A stretch of DNA of 62,992 nt, the filler included, from Octopus bimaculoides (taxonomy: Eukaryota): assembly GCF_001194135.2 (NCBI RefSeq). It is 7 parts of 6 records of this genome, joined end to end, with 100 filler letters (N's around TTAATTAATTAA, not from the genome) between each part and the next. Parts side by side here need not be neighbours in the genome. Positions count along the whole stretch, not along the records: positions 1 to 12,001 come from NC_068999.1; positions 12,102 to 28,110 come from NC_068981.1; 5 more parts are not named here. One strand, written 5' to 3'. Within the stretch, counting starts at the first letter, position 1, and each line of letters opens with the position of its first letter. Below are positions 11,424 to 23,994 of the stretch, in pieces. Both the position numbers and the translations under genes were made by a program. The notes under the pieces are model-generated. The model did no database searches, was not told the DNA's origin, and saw only the letters and a list, made by a program, of their open reading frames with translations.

Positions 11424-11570
11424 CTCATTCGTATCATTATCGAACCTGGAGCTTAACTATAGTCTGTCTATAGCAATTACTCAGCATTATCTGACACCAG
11501 GTAATGCTGAGTAAGTGCTATGAATAGACCATAATTAAGCTCCAGGTTCGGTGATTATGCGAATAAGGGG
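11421..11570. repeat. 150-bp fold-back (73-bp arms, 4-nt loop)
   Basis: 11421-11493 versus the reverse complement of 11498-11570 gives 60/73 ungapped identities. Confidence 0.95.
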
Positions 11571-11772
11571 TCCAACGCAGGTCATATATCAGCGTGTGAA
11601 TCAAGGGTTCTTGATTCAATAACACTGTGTATAAACTCTGTATTTGGAATGACCGATTTCAAAGTCTGTTGGATTTTATTCAAAGGGTATTGGAATCTTA
11701 ATAATGGATTTACAAATGCAATGACCAATCTTAAAGACTATTGGATTTTACTTACAAGGTATTGGAATCTTA

Positions 11773-11985
11773 TATGTATGCCATTCTGCCTAAACAATGG
11801 ATTTACAAATACAATATCCCTGCATTAACTCTCTATTTCCTATCTTATCTAAATTAACTATTGCTTAACCATCCTCTCACACCGTCTCCGATGAAGGGAT
11901 ATAATAAATATCCTGGAAACAGCTGTAAGACCTTCTATTTATAAATGTTCTTATAATGTACACAACCTTGGCTTTTTATCTCATT
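11773..11985 (+). mobile_element. Second, diverged PLE pLTR copy
   Basis: Aligns with 11185-11423 (ccattctgc.taaa.aatgga..caaatacaatatcc..aactatt.cttaa.cat..ctc.caccgtctc.gatgaagggatat..ccttgg.ttttt.atctc). Confidence 0.8.
11884..11931 (+). ncRNA. Hammerhead motif copy 2 (core variant CCGATGA)
   Basis: GTCT-CCGATGA-A-GGGATAT(aataa)ATATCCT-G-GAAA-C-AGCT-GTA-AGAC, with a U4-to-C change in the core. Confidence 0.7.
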
Positions 11986-12101
11986 ACGAAAAGTAAATCC
12001 TNNNNNNNNNNNNNNNNNNNNNNNNNNNNNNNNNNNNNNNNNNNNTTAATTAATTAANNNNNNNNNNNNNNNNNNNNNNNNNNNNNNNNNNNNNNNNNNN
12101 N

Positions 12102-12356
12102 AGGTGACCGTTTACCCGTATTACCGATCGGATGCCGCTATACAAGGCAGCGATCCAACCGCGGAAGACGGGACCAAAGCCAACTGCCCTGAGGACGGCC
12201 GCCAGGTATCGATGGTCGACCCTATCGAAGGCTTTAGATTGATCTAAATTGATCAGCGCCCCACCCATGCCAGGATCCTTAACTACCCTGTCCATGATGT
12301 AGCGCATGAGGTGGAGGTTGTCATGGATACTTCTGCCCGGCACGGCGCATGTTTGC
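12102..12356 (-). mobile_element. Tx1/L1-clade RT fragment, cut by an assembly gap
   Basis: QTCAVPGRSIHDNLHLMR..INLDQSKAFDRVDHRYL..GFGPVFRGWIAALYSGIRSVIRVNGH. It is GC-rich and stop-free over the visible length. Confidence 0.9.
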
Positions 12357-12438
<82 letters not shown>

Positions 12439-12445
12439 TAGATAG
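12357..12445. repeat. (GATA)n/(GACA)n microsatellite abutting the Tx1 5' junction
   Basis: Direct reading. Confidence 0.95.
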
Positions 12446-12565
12446 CCTTTTAATCGAAAAGGAATGTAACGCCCATGAACCTTTACAGAGCCTCTGAGAC
12501 TAGTGGAAGGATTGAAGAAGTTACTATCGGTGTACTAAAGTACATACAATGAACACACAACCACT

Positions 12566-12599
<34 letters not shown>

Positions 12600-13129
12600 A
12601 GTCCAAACACACACATACTCACGCACACACATACACACGTACATATATATATATATGTATGTATGTATGTGTGCATGTATGTATAAAGACATGTTGAACG
12701 GCACACCGATATTGTGTATACAGCAGCAAGCGTGCACAGATATTTTAAGCATTGTAATAGTATCATTCAGTATATATAGATATGTTATTTACAAAGAAAT
12801 CGTGATGCTGTATTTATAGACATTTTGCACCGATTCTACCAAACGTAAATTGTATATTCAAAGAAGTGTGGTGTGCAAAGAAAAATAGCTAAAATTTTCT
12901 TATCTCTGGTCGTTTCTTTATGCATGATAATATTTGCACAAATACACGCACACACACTATACATTCATACATACATACATACATACATACACACATACGC
13001 ACATACACATATATATATTTATATATATACATCACATACATACATTCAAACGTACATACATATGCGTACGTAAATGAGTATGTATCTATGTATAATCTCC
13101 CAATATTTGAATACAAATTCATAAATATA

Positions 13130-13231
<102 letters not shown>

Positions 13232-15411
13232 TGTGTGTGTATTTGCATGTTTTCACGCGCTTTTGTGTGTCTGCGTATGCTTGTGCATCAGGAATGTGCC
13301 CTCTGGGTTGGTGAGGTAGGTTCTTTCTCACTAGGCTAAAGCCATAAATATTAATTATTTAATACGTAATGGGAATAATTTGCAAACTATTATAAAAATG
13401 TTAATTTAATGCATGAAATCCATTGTACATTTCTATAAATAGCTAATAATTTGATGCAAAACTGATTCAACTTTTCTATGCCTTTCAACCTCAGCAACGT
13501 ATGTGACGGGATTAAAGCCACGTGCCGTGTGTAAATGTCCAAAAAGCGTTGCGTATACAGTCGAAGGAAAAATAATAAACCAATACCCTTATTCAAATAA
13601 CATCATCGGCGTAAAGTTACGTAAACAATTAGAATATTTTTCAAAGCCCAGGGTACTTTAAGAAATCTTAGTTGTACGGTTGTATTACAAAAGACACGTT
13701 GTTGTACTTGTTACGTTTGTTATTTTCTACATGTGAGCAGGTACCAGTTATTATGATGTAAGTAATTTATATAAAGCCTTTAAGTAAACATGATAATATT
13801 GCGCGATATGAAAATGATACAAGCAACTACAAGCATGGAATTTCACAATAAAAACATAACTGACGTTGGAAGGAAAATAACATTTGCTACTTGCTCTAAG
13901 ATTAAACAAGAATATACTTTTCGCTTTGATCATGACGGCAAATATTGCGTAGTGAAAAACTATAGTGAGCAATATCACTTTCTTCAGGGAATTTGGTACA
14001 GCAATGGAGACGTCAACATCACGTGACACAGCCATATCTTGTATTTTGCTTCAATAACTACGACAGAGTCAGCATAAGATCGCTGTGTCCAAATTACAGG
14101 ATACTAGCATGAAACTATGGTACAAACATAGAGTACATACATAGGAGAGAGAGAGAGGGGGGGGGAGATAGATAAGAGAAAAGATACACTAAATATCATT
14201 CTATAAAAATTATAGAATTCCTGAAAGTACCATCGTTTCAAAATAATCTGTCTCTTGAATTAACATACCGTTAAGGAAAAGACAATCTGCTTTTCTACAT
14301 ACAAGTGGACTGCTGTGCATAACCGTTTCTGCGCTAAATAACGTCAACAGCGCTCCTCTACATTGACTTCAGCAAAACATAAAATTCAGACGTTTACATA
14401 AAGAGTGGACAACATTTATGGATTTATGAAATTTGCATAATTAAAACAAAATTGAGCTTAGAGAAATAATCTACAATGGCCAGTAGCATGAATTTGGACA
14501 AAAATGACGAAGAGAGATATATTAAATACCATACAAATTCCTTGCTTCGGTACAAGCTAAATAGATGCCGAATGTCAACTGAAACTGATTTCAAGTGAGA
14601 AAAAAGGATATAATCTTAAGATTGAGGGTTTTATTCCCTGAGATGAGAAAGATTGAAGTAAATATTTGCAGGTAATAAATTTAATAAACATTACATATTT
14701 TGTTACATTCAAGGCGATGCCACAGTATGGCTACAGTCCAAAGACTGAAACAAATAAAAGTTAAAAGATGTAGTGATATATGAATAATGAAATATTACCC
14801 CGTAATTTCATCTTCTATTCGACATTGAATTTGTGGAATCATCAGCTCTAAAATGAGCTTAAGTTATTATTTTCGGTGGTAATGGACACGCGTTCAGAAC
14901 GATATCAACTCTGATAAATGCATTTGTTTGTGCTACCCAGGAAGCTTTGTGTTTATTTTGTCAGAAGGGGTGAAGCAAAATCATTTGGCAGCTCGGATAA
15001 ATCTCGTACAACAATAACGTCGAAGTGATTATATAGTTCAGTATCTTTCTGTTGCACTTTCACTTAACTGTAGGAGTGCCATATACAAGCACACGTACCA
15101 GCAACTATGAAATGCAGTTTGAGACTCCTTGAGTCTAAACAAGACCAGAACATGCCAGGTCATTCCATGCCCATTTGCTTAACCTCAGTCACTTTGATAA
15201 TGATCTAACCCAGCACGAAAGAGAGGGCATTTTAAATAAATAAAATTTATTGTTTTAATACACCAACCATGGTAGAAACATATTTTACTATTAAGTTTAT
15301 ATGCAGTTGGAGTGCCTCGGTATTTTACCTGTGTATGCGTATTTGTCCATGTTTATTCATACATGTACACATGCATACACACACACACGCACACACACAC
15401 ACACATATATT

Positions 15412-15585
15412 CTTTCCACTATAGGCACAAGACCTAAAATTTAGGGGAAGGCGACTAGTGATTTACATCGACCCCAGTGCTCAACTGATACATATTTCAT
15501 CGACCCCAAAAGGATGAAAGGCAAAGTCGATCTCCACAGAATTTTAACTTAAAGACAGATAAAATACTGCTAACGATTGCGCCAC
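15412..15585 (-). mobile_element. Diverged Nin-domain-type tRNA SINE
   Basis: ataggcacaag..tacatcgaccccag..atcgacccc.aaaggatgaaaggcaaagtcga matches the reverse complement of the 17869 copy. Confidence 0.75.
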
Positions 15586-15716
15586 CCTACCTTCCTATGT
15601 GCCTGATGAACGGGTTTTAACCTCGAAATATTGAAGAAATACAGAGTAAAACTTCAGTTGTTGTCTTTTCACCGTTGTATTTCATTTTGCATTCTTTTAG
15701 CCTAAACAAGTTTTTA

Positions 15717-15776
<60 letters not shown>

Positions 15777-15777
15777 G

Positions 15778-15830
<53 letters not shown>

Positions 15831-15873
15831 ATGTTTGTGTGTGTACGTGCCTGCGTGTGTATGNNNNNNNNNN

Positions 15874-15929
<56 letters not shown>

Positions 15930-15965
15930 TGGGTGTGTACGTGCCTGCGTGTGTATGTGCGTGTT

Positions 15966-16005
<40 letters not shown>

Positions 16006-16507
16006 ACGACATGCAGACTTCATATACACATCTATATCCACACGCATATCTACACACACACACACACACACATTTTTCTCTGAGTCTGAATGGTTGTGTA
16101 TGCCTAGGTGTGTATATACGTGCAATGTTTGTTCATGCGTATGTGTTGACGTTCGTGTTGATTGGTACGTGAACATGCGTGTAAGCATGTAATATAAGAA
16201 GCTTAACAACAATGTTATCTTTTATGTTTGATGTCAACTTCGAATAGAAACAAATAGAAAGAAAATAAAAAGAGAAAGCAAGAACAAAAGATAGTATAAA
16301 ACAGTAGCAAAAAAAAGTGTGACAGCGTCCTTCTTCGAATCTTTCATCTAAATATAAATCAGGAATGCGATTTAAACAGTTCAGTGATTCCCCCACGAGA
16401 CAACTCCTTTACCAATTACACCTCTATTCGACGTCCCCGGAACATCTATCCTCTACCAGCAGCGTGATAACTACTACTACTACTACTACTACTATTACTA
16501 CAACAAC

Positions 16508-16582
<75 letters not shown>

Positions 16583-16675
16583 AACAAACGTCAACAATGA
16601 CAGTTCTGATACTTCAAAAGTTATCATCTGGAAAACACACAAACAGACACATAAATATTTACACACACACACACG

Positions 16676-16731
<56 letters not shown>

Positions 16732-16926
16732 NNNNNNNNNNNNNNNNNNNNNNNNNNNNNNNNNNNNNNNNNNNNNNNNNNNNNNNNNNNNNNNNNNNNN
16801 NNNNNNNNNNNNNNNNNNNNNNNNNNNNNNNNNNNNNNNNNNNNNNNNNNNNNNNNNNNNNNNNNNNNNNNNNNNNNNNNNNNNNNNNNNNNNNNNNNNN
16901 NNNNNNNNNNNNNNNNNNNNNNNNAT

Positions 16927-16972
<46 letters not shown>

Positions 16973-17143
16973 TATATACTTTTATAAAACAAATTTTACA
17001 AAATATATAGTATCTGTTAACAGTCTATTGAAATGTGCATAGGTTTGGCTTATTGTGGTTGTTTCTGTTATTATAATTGTTGCTGCAATAAAGTATCTTC
17101 AATGCATTGATTTTGAGCTCTATCCTTTAAGAGACATGTATAC

Positions 17144-17174
<31 letters not shown>

Positions 17175-17868
17175 CATGTATATATATATACATATATACA
17201 TATGTATATACATAGTTTTCAACTAGCAATAACCACACCTCGTATATACATACATGCATGTTTTTGTAATTGATAATATGAATCACGGATGTAGTTCTTG
17301 CTTTCTTCATCTCGTGGGTGACAAAAGGTTGATGGGGGGGGGTGTTATTTGTTTTGGGAATTTGGCTATAAATATCTTTCGTCACTAACCGATTTTGCAC
17401 GCTCTCATCCACGAATATATGCACACAATTGCGTACAAATGCACATACATACATTTGACATATTTCTGATGATGTCTTCCCATACAACTACATATATTTC
17501 ACGCCCAAGTGAACGAAAATGCTCAACAAATACAGGTAGCGAATATTTATACCACGCATGCCATACGAGGAGTTTGCTGCTTTTTTTATTTTTGTGTGTC
17601 TTAACAAAATAGTTCCAAAGTTAAGTGCATCACAAGAATATATTCTATTTATACATATGGAAGAAACAGCACAAGCTCACACGCGAAAGTCTGTGGAAGA
17701 AAAAAGCTGTCGAATCTTCCGTAGATCCCAAAATACAGTCTTGAAAAAGATTAAAAATCATTATATATTGAAGTCCTGTTACCTCTACGAAAGTCTGAGA
17801 TAACATTCCTAGAACAAAATACAAAGTACACAAAACTAACATTTAGCTATCATTATAAGCAACAGAAA

Positions 17869-18317
17869 GGCAGCGAGCTGGCATGATCGTTAGCACGGGC
17901 GAAATGCTTAGCGGTATTTCGTCTGTCTTTACGTTCTGAGTTCAAATTCCGCCGAGGCCGACTTTGCCTTTCATCCTTTCGGGGTCGATAAATTAAGTAC
18001 CAGTTGCATCCTGAGGTCGATCTAATCGACTTGCCCCCTCCCCCAAATTTTCGGGCCTTGTGCCTAGAGTAGAAAAGATTATAAGCTACAAAAAGGCGGC
18101 GAGCTGGCAGAATCGATAGCACGCCGGACGAAATGCTTAGCGGTATATCGCCCGTCTTTACGTTCTGAGTTCAAATTCCGCCGAAGTTGACTTTGCCTTT
18201 CAGCCTTTCGGAGGCGATAAATTAAATACCAGTTGCATACTAGGATCGTTCTAATCGACTAGCCCCCACCCCAATTTCAAAGCCTTGTGCCTATAGTAGA
18301 AAGGATTATAAGCTACA
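17869..18317 (+). mobile_element. Head-to-tail dimer of full Nin-domain-type tRNA SINEs (17869-18090 and 18095-18317)
   Basis: Each unit has an A-box-like TGGCAGAATC, a B-box GAGTTCAAATTCC, the core GCCTTTCATCCTTTCGGGGTCGATAAATTAAGTACCAG and the tail GTGCCTAGAGTAGAAA. Confidence 0.9.
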
Positions 18318-18382
18318 GATACACCATTCTGTGGGTGATGTAGCTTCTGCTCATTAGCCAACAATGTAGCCGCTACGGCAAT

Positions 18383-18513
18383 CAGGGGCAGCCTAAGACC
18401 TGCGGAACTCTCTGAATAGCACGCCTAAATATTATTTTCAATATTTTCGTAGTGGACCTAATTATCATCCATGTCTCATGTGACCTATTTCTCGAAAAAG
18501 TTGCCCATACCTA
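18383..18513. mobile_element. Possible decayed hAT-type MITE
   Basis: Begins caggggcagcc and ends aaaaagttgcccatacct, resembling hAT TIRs. It is degenerate and no TSD is seen. Confidence 0.3.
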
Positions 18514-19237
18514 CTCTATTGAAGGTACAAAACGCTACGCGTAGAGAGTAAATCTCCTTCAAAAGTTACTGCAGCAACTTCATTAAGAAAGCGGGCATTG
18601 AGTAACGTATGCCCCTAAAAAGACAAGATGATCACAGTTGAAATGTCTTTGACCATGGGACTGCTCGATGAGGGTTGACCTGCTGGTTAAACAACACTAC
18701 TAATAAGAGCAAAACAGTTGGTAATGGGGTCGGGGAAGCATAGCTTTTCGAAACTGAAATGTTGATCCCTTCGCCATAGACAACTGCATTTCGGAGTGTG
18801 CAGTATCGACCTCAACTATGTAGGAACTTGGAGGTCCATGAGCACTCTATCAGTTGGTGACATTTAGTCGTTTGAATTCTTTTTACAAAGACTAAGTATG
18901 ATCACTCGAAGCTAATGGAGACAAAATTACGACAACAGTTACTAATATGAACGTTTCTTGTCTCTATCTCATAGAAGATTTCGTATTAAATAGTCTTAGG
19001 ATAGTAAGTCACTTCCAATAGCCAAGCGTCCCAGCCATCAGCTGATGTGCCTTGCTTTCGCTCAACGTTGCACACAATCGAGTTGAACACTGAACATGGT
19101 TATTCATAATGATATTAACTTCAGCATCTCCGAGGTCCTTGTCGTTATCATCATCGGCATCATCATTGATACCACCACCACTACCACCATCACCACCACC
19201 ATCATCATCGTCATCATCATTGTCATCATCATCATCG

Positions 19238-19288
<51 letters not shown>

Positions 19289-19534
19289 CAACAAAAGTTG
19301 TCAAAGAAGGAAACGTTTGATTTTTATCTAAAATGTCTTCCACCTGAAATATATTACCACATGACAAGAAAGCGTCATCAAAGACTTAAATATTTCCCTT
19401 TTACAGAAGACAAAAAAGCAGAAATCAGCGAAGCAAATTCGCACGTAGCTATTTCTAAATGTTTCAACTTATCTTTTCAAAAGATTAGCTATGAAATAAA
19501 CAGGTATCTAAGTAAATAAGTAAGCAGCAACACT

Positions 19535-19581
<47 letters not shown>

Positions 19582-19582
19582 C

Positions 19583-19622
<40 letters not shown>

Positions 19623-20479
19623 AGGTGCCTTAATGATTCTTTTGAATGTTAATGACCAGGTTTCCTTTCAACCAATAATTAGTGCAGTAATGAAACTTGC
19701 TTTGACGAACAGATTGTTATCATCGAAATCTATCGATTTAGACTAATTAACAAGATAAATTATTTCCATCTTTGCTCGGTGCTTAAGTAATTTCTACTGG
19801 TTGACTTTTGAGGTTCTTAAGATTTTTTTATGGAAATTAATACAGCAGTAATAAGATGTTTTGCGATATGTATCACGAAGTGTCGTTAAATATGGAATTT
19901 AAACCTGCGAAAGATACAGACTGTACGAATGAAATGTTAATCAATGCTGGCTTACATAACGAAGACAAGATGGAGACCGAGGGCTTGTTCGAGAAACTGT
20001 GTAGTTGATTTAAGTACCTATCACCTACATAAAAAAATAAATAAAATGCAATCTACTCTGATTACAGAATTAGAAAACCATTCTCATGCATAAATAACGA
20101 ATGCAAAAATATTTTGTACGAACTAATCACTTTCACACCAGAAAACACAAACGGCCTATGAGTTTATACGACATCTAAAACCGTTCTGCGACACCTAAAT
20201 AATTAAGAAAATAAATCATGTAGACATGAAAACCATCGATTGAAATTAGAACCGAGCAATTAATTCTTAAAAGCTGCTACATTTTCAGGAAAGGCTTAGA
20301 TATTGATTTCTTTCCTTCTGTAAAGAAATATAAAAATAAAAGTTTAGAGCGACTGGCATGGTTGTAAGCTATATGCACAATATCGTGAAATAAAAAAAGC
20401 ATAAAGAATGTAAAGAGAGGGGCTTCGAAGTTTGTAACATTTACCTTATCTGGTGTTTATAAGTTAACCAAAGGAGGAT

Positions 20480-20849
20480 GATAACTGAAAGTCATTGCAA
20501 ACTCGTTGTATCAGTGTGACTGATGTTCAGGCAAGTGTTTGTGTTTAGAGAAAATTTGGGCCCTGAGAAAATTCTAAGAGGTTGCTATCTGTGAAGAAAA
20601 GGAATGGATAATTATTAAGTATCAGGGTATGAGAAAGAGTGAGCGCGCACTCAGTGCAAGTCACAGGATATAGAAAGACAGTAGACAGATAGGTATGTTG
20701 TTGCTAATGTAGATGAGCAGAAGCCAATGTAGTAATGACTGAAGAAGCAGAGTGAAAAAAAGAGCCTATCTGTGAGCGGGTGGTCGGTGCTTATTGGTGA
20801 TGGATATTTTCGTTAAACAATTGATTGGAGTTCCTTTGGATTCGGTGAA

Positions 20850-20928
<79 letters not shown>

Positions 20929-21180
20929 AGTGCAGTATTGCCCAGATTTATGAGAGGTATTCTACAGTCGTATTTATCTGAGCATTAACTGGACAAGACT
21001 GAAGTATTCCATGGCTTATAGAGATATCATCAGGGATTGTAAGCTTTAGTATCTATGAAGATTTGGTGTATTTAAATTGTGCGTTATCCATGTCTCAAGC
21101 AGGAGAGGTACAACATAGTCCTTGTGGATAGTGACTGAGTATTAGTGGTATTGAAATTGACATGGTTACGATGTTCTCAA
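20480..21180 (-). mobile_element. Possible highly decayed LINE apurinic-endonuclease region
   Basis: Minus-strand peptides LLETW, ISITNKHRPP and SYHP occur in the order expected for APE motifs (ETW, YRPP, SDH). The region has many lesions and is split by (TG)n. Confidence 0.3.
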
Positions 21181-21417
21181 TGAGGTATCTTCGCCAAAGT
21201 GGCTATTTATGGATACGATGTATGTCGGATTTGAGGCTCGGGTATCATTAATATAACATTTGAGAAATGAGGGAGCTCTGTCAAGCAGAAACAATACTGC
21301 TCTCCTTTCTGTAACATTATTGTTGTTATCACAACTTTATTATTGAATAATGAAGCAATTTCAAAACTGCCGGTCTCACTTTCAGTGACCAGATAACTGC
21401 GAAATAAAATATATTCA

Positions 21418-21842
21418 AGTGGCTGTGTGGTAAGTAGCTTGCTTACCAATAACATGGTTCTGGGTTCAGTCCCACTGCGTAGCACCTTGGGCAAGTGTCT
21501 TCTACTATAGTCTCGGGCCGACCAAAGCCTTGTGAGTGGATTTGATAGACGGAAACTGAAAGAAGCCCGTCGTATATACGTATATATACATATATGTGTG
21601 CGTGTGTGTGTGTGTGGTGTGTGTGTGTGTGTGTATGTTTGTGTGTCTGTGTTTGTCCCCCACCCACCTTGACAACCGATGCTGGTGTGTTTACGTCCCC
21701 GTAAATTAGCGGTTCGGCAAAATGCACCGATAGAATAAGTACTAGGCTTACAAAGAATACGTCCTGGGGTCGATTTGCTCGACTAAAGGCGGTGCTCCAG
21801 CATGGCCGCAGTCAAATGACTGAAACAAGTAAGAGTAAGAGT
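21418..21842 (+). mobile_element. Full-length CORE-type tRNA SINE with an internal (TA)/(TG) microsatellite
   Basis: Head gtggctgtgtggtaag..gggttcagtccc, CORE-like caccttgggcaagtgtcttc, internal microsatellite, and 3' part ending gactgaaacaagtaaga. It probably belongs to the published octopus SINE families (OK/OR1/OR2); which one was not determined. Confidence 0.9.
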
Positions 21843-21938
21843 AGGAAGAAAGTTTGCAATAGGATCATACAAATTACATGCCACGTTCCCAAGAAAATGC
21901 ACTATCAGATATTCTTCCACGAAATTTCCTGCATCCAC

Positions 21939-21976
<38 letters not shown>

Positions 21977-23217
21977 TATTATACCGAAAATACTTCCAAG
22001 GAAAAAAAACTGTGATATTCATTAACGTTCAATATTGTCGGTATATCCAAATTTTAGACGAAATATATTACATTTTGCGCTGTAAATTAATCCCATATTC
22101 AACACCAAGAGGAGTGGCTTCCGATGTTTCTGACTGCTACTTTTACCCTCATCTAATCAATAGATAAAATGTTGATCATAATAATTTGATTCCAGCAATC
22201 GATTTAATTATATATTATTATTTTTAAATGTTATTGGTTTGGGCAAGATGATGATATACTTCTTGGCTTTCTTTATCTTCAATCCGAACAAGATTAATTT
22301 ATGAGGCTTCTCAAATACAGTCCCCCATTCCATTTTTTCCTCACATATATAACGACCTAGAATATGTGATAGACAACATGAAGTCTAATATATTTACTTT
22401 CAGGATAGATAGATATATATCAGCTGTAAATTATGCCATTTTCGCATTGAAATATCAATAAGCCAGAGGGAGTAATAAATAACGGAATCAATCCAAGTCA
22501 AATAATTTCCTTCAGATATTAAAATATAACATCCATGCACACTTGCTTAACAAAATTCTTCTCAAGTAGGATTCCTAAACTTTGGTTTTGAAGTCACCCC
22601 ATTTTCCAGTGTGCTGAATTGAATAAAAGCCTTGCTCTAATTCTTACCTGACAATTCTCTTTTAACTTTACAGTATGAAGTCTTTAAGAATATGTCTTGG
22701 GAATATGTCTTGAAAAACCCCAGTCACCATACCAACATTAATACAAAGTACAACGTCGCTTATAAAATATTAGACAGAAATATTAAAGATATGTGATTTT
22801 GGAAACTCTTTTGACTCTCAAATTCAAGATTTCTTGATTTCAATTTTACTATTTTGTGATCTTAGATCACTTGATATGCTTTCATATCAGCAAGTTATCT
22901 ATGACAGAAAAATCATGGATTACAGCACTCTAACGATAATGATATTGCTGCACGGTCGCAGGCATGATATCAGATTTATAAAATTACTATCTCCAAAGTG
23001 AAACTTCCTTTGATTAGTTTACCTGCTAAAGCTTGTGACATTAGATTACATGAATTATGTCTCACATAACTCCAGGCCCAATTCCACTGCGTGGCAACTT
23101 AGGAAAGTTTCTATTGCTACAGCCTCGAGCGACCAAATCCTTCTGAGTATATTTGGTAGACAGAAACTGAAAGAAGACCATCATATACACACATACACAT
23201 ATATATAGACATAGTTG

Positions 23218-23965
23218 TTCCTAAATCTCTCAACGAGAGATATTTAGTAGCAGCACTTTAAAGGAACGATTTTTTGCCAACCTAATGTGGCAGTGCCATT
23301 TTGGGGCGAATGTGTCCTTATATTTTCGATCTGTGTCCTTATATTTTCGAACAGGGGAGTTTACCACCCCCACCCAGCACAAAGCAATATCTATGGACCG
23401 TACAATTTCAGAGTTATTTCCCTTCGTCGGCTCAGCATAACCCTTCGGCTGAGATGGTGCTGCTAAACACCCGCTCGAAATTATATATAATTTTCTAAGT
23501 GACTCACAGTCACTGATCTTGTAAAATAGAAACATTGCTGCTCCTAAATCTGTCAACGAGAGATATTCAGTAGCAGTACTTTAACGAAACAATTTTTTGC
23601 CAACCTAATGTGACAGTCCCATTTTGGGGCGAATACTACTGTCCTTTAGCCCCAGGAGACATCGTCTCCAGATGGCTATACAACACACGATCTGATTCCT
23701 TATATTTTCGAACAAGAGAGGTTAGCATCCCCACCTAGCACAAAGCAGTATCTGTGAAGCGTACGTTTTCCGGGTTATTTCTCTTCGTCGGCACAGAATA
23801 ATTCTGTGCGGGGGAGGGGGCTAACCTACCCTGTTCGAAAATATAAGGACACAGATCGTGTGTCGTATAGCCAGCTGGAGACGATGTCTCCTGGGGTTAA
23901 ACAACAGTAGCATTCACCCCAAAATGGGACTGGCAACCCAAATTGGGTTGGCAAAAAATCGTTAC
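23218..23965. mobile_element. Fold-back/MITE-like element with ~140-bp inverted arms, plus an upstream partial direct copy
   Basis: The 23588-23726 arm is mirrored at 23820-23963 (ttttttgccaacc..cagtcccattttgggg.gaat.ctactgt..ccccaggagacatcgtctccag.tggctatac.acacacgatctg..ccttatattttcgaaca..ggttagc). 23218-23430 repeats 23545-23790. Confidence 0.85.
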
Positions 23966-23994
23966 TTTATATATATATATATATATATATATTT

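Noticed and set aside
13790-14026. 78-aa non-repetitive ORF with nearby GACGTCA and TCACGTGAC motifs
   Set aside because: No recognisable domain or splice context; an ORF of this length and such short motifs are expected by chance in 63 kb.
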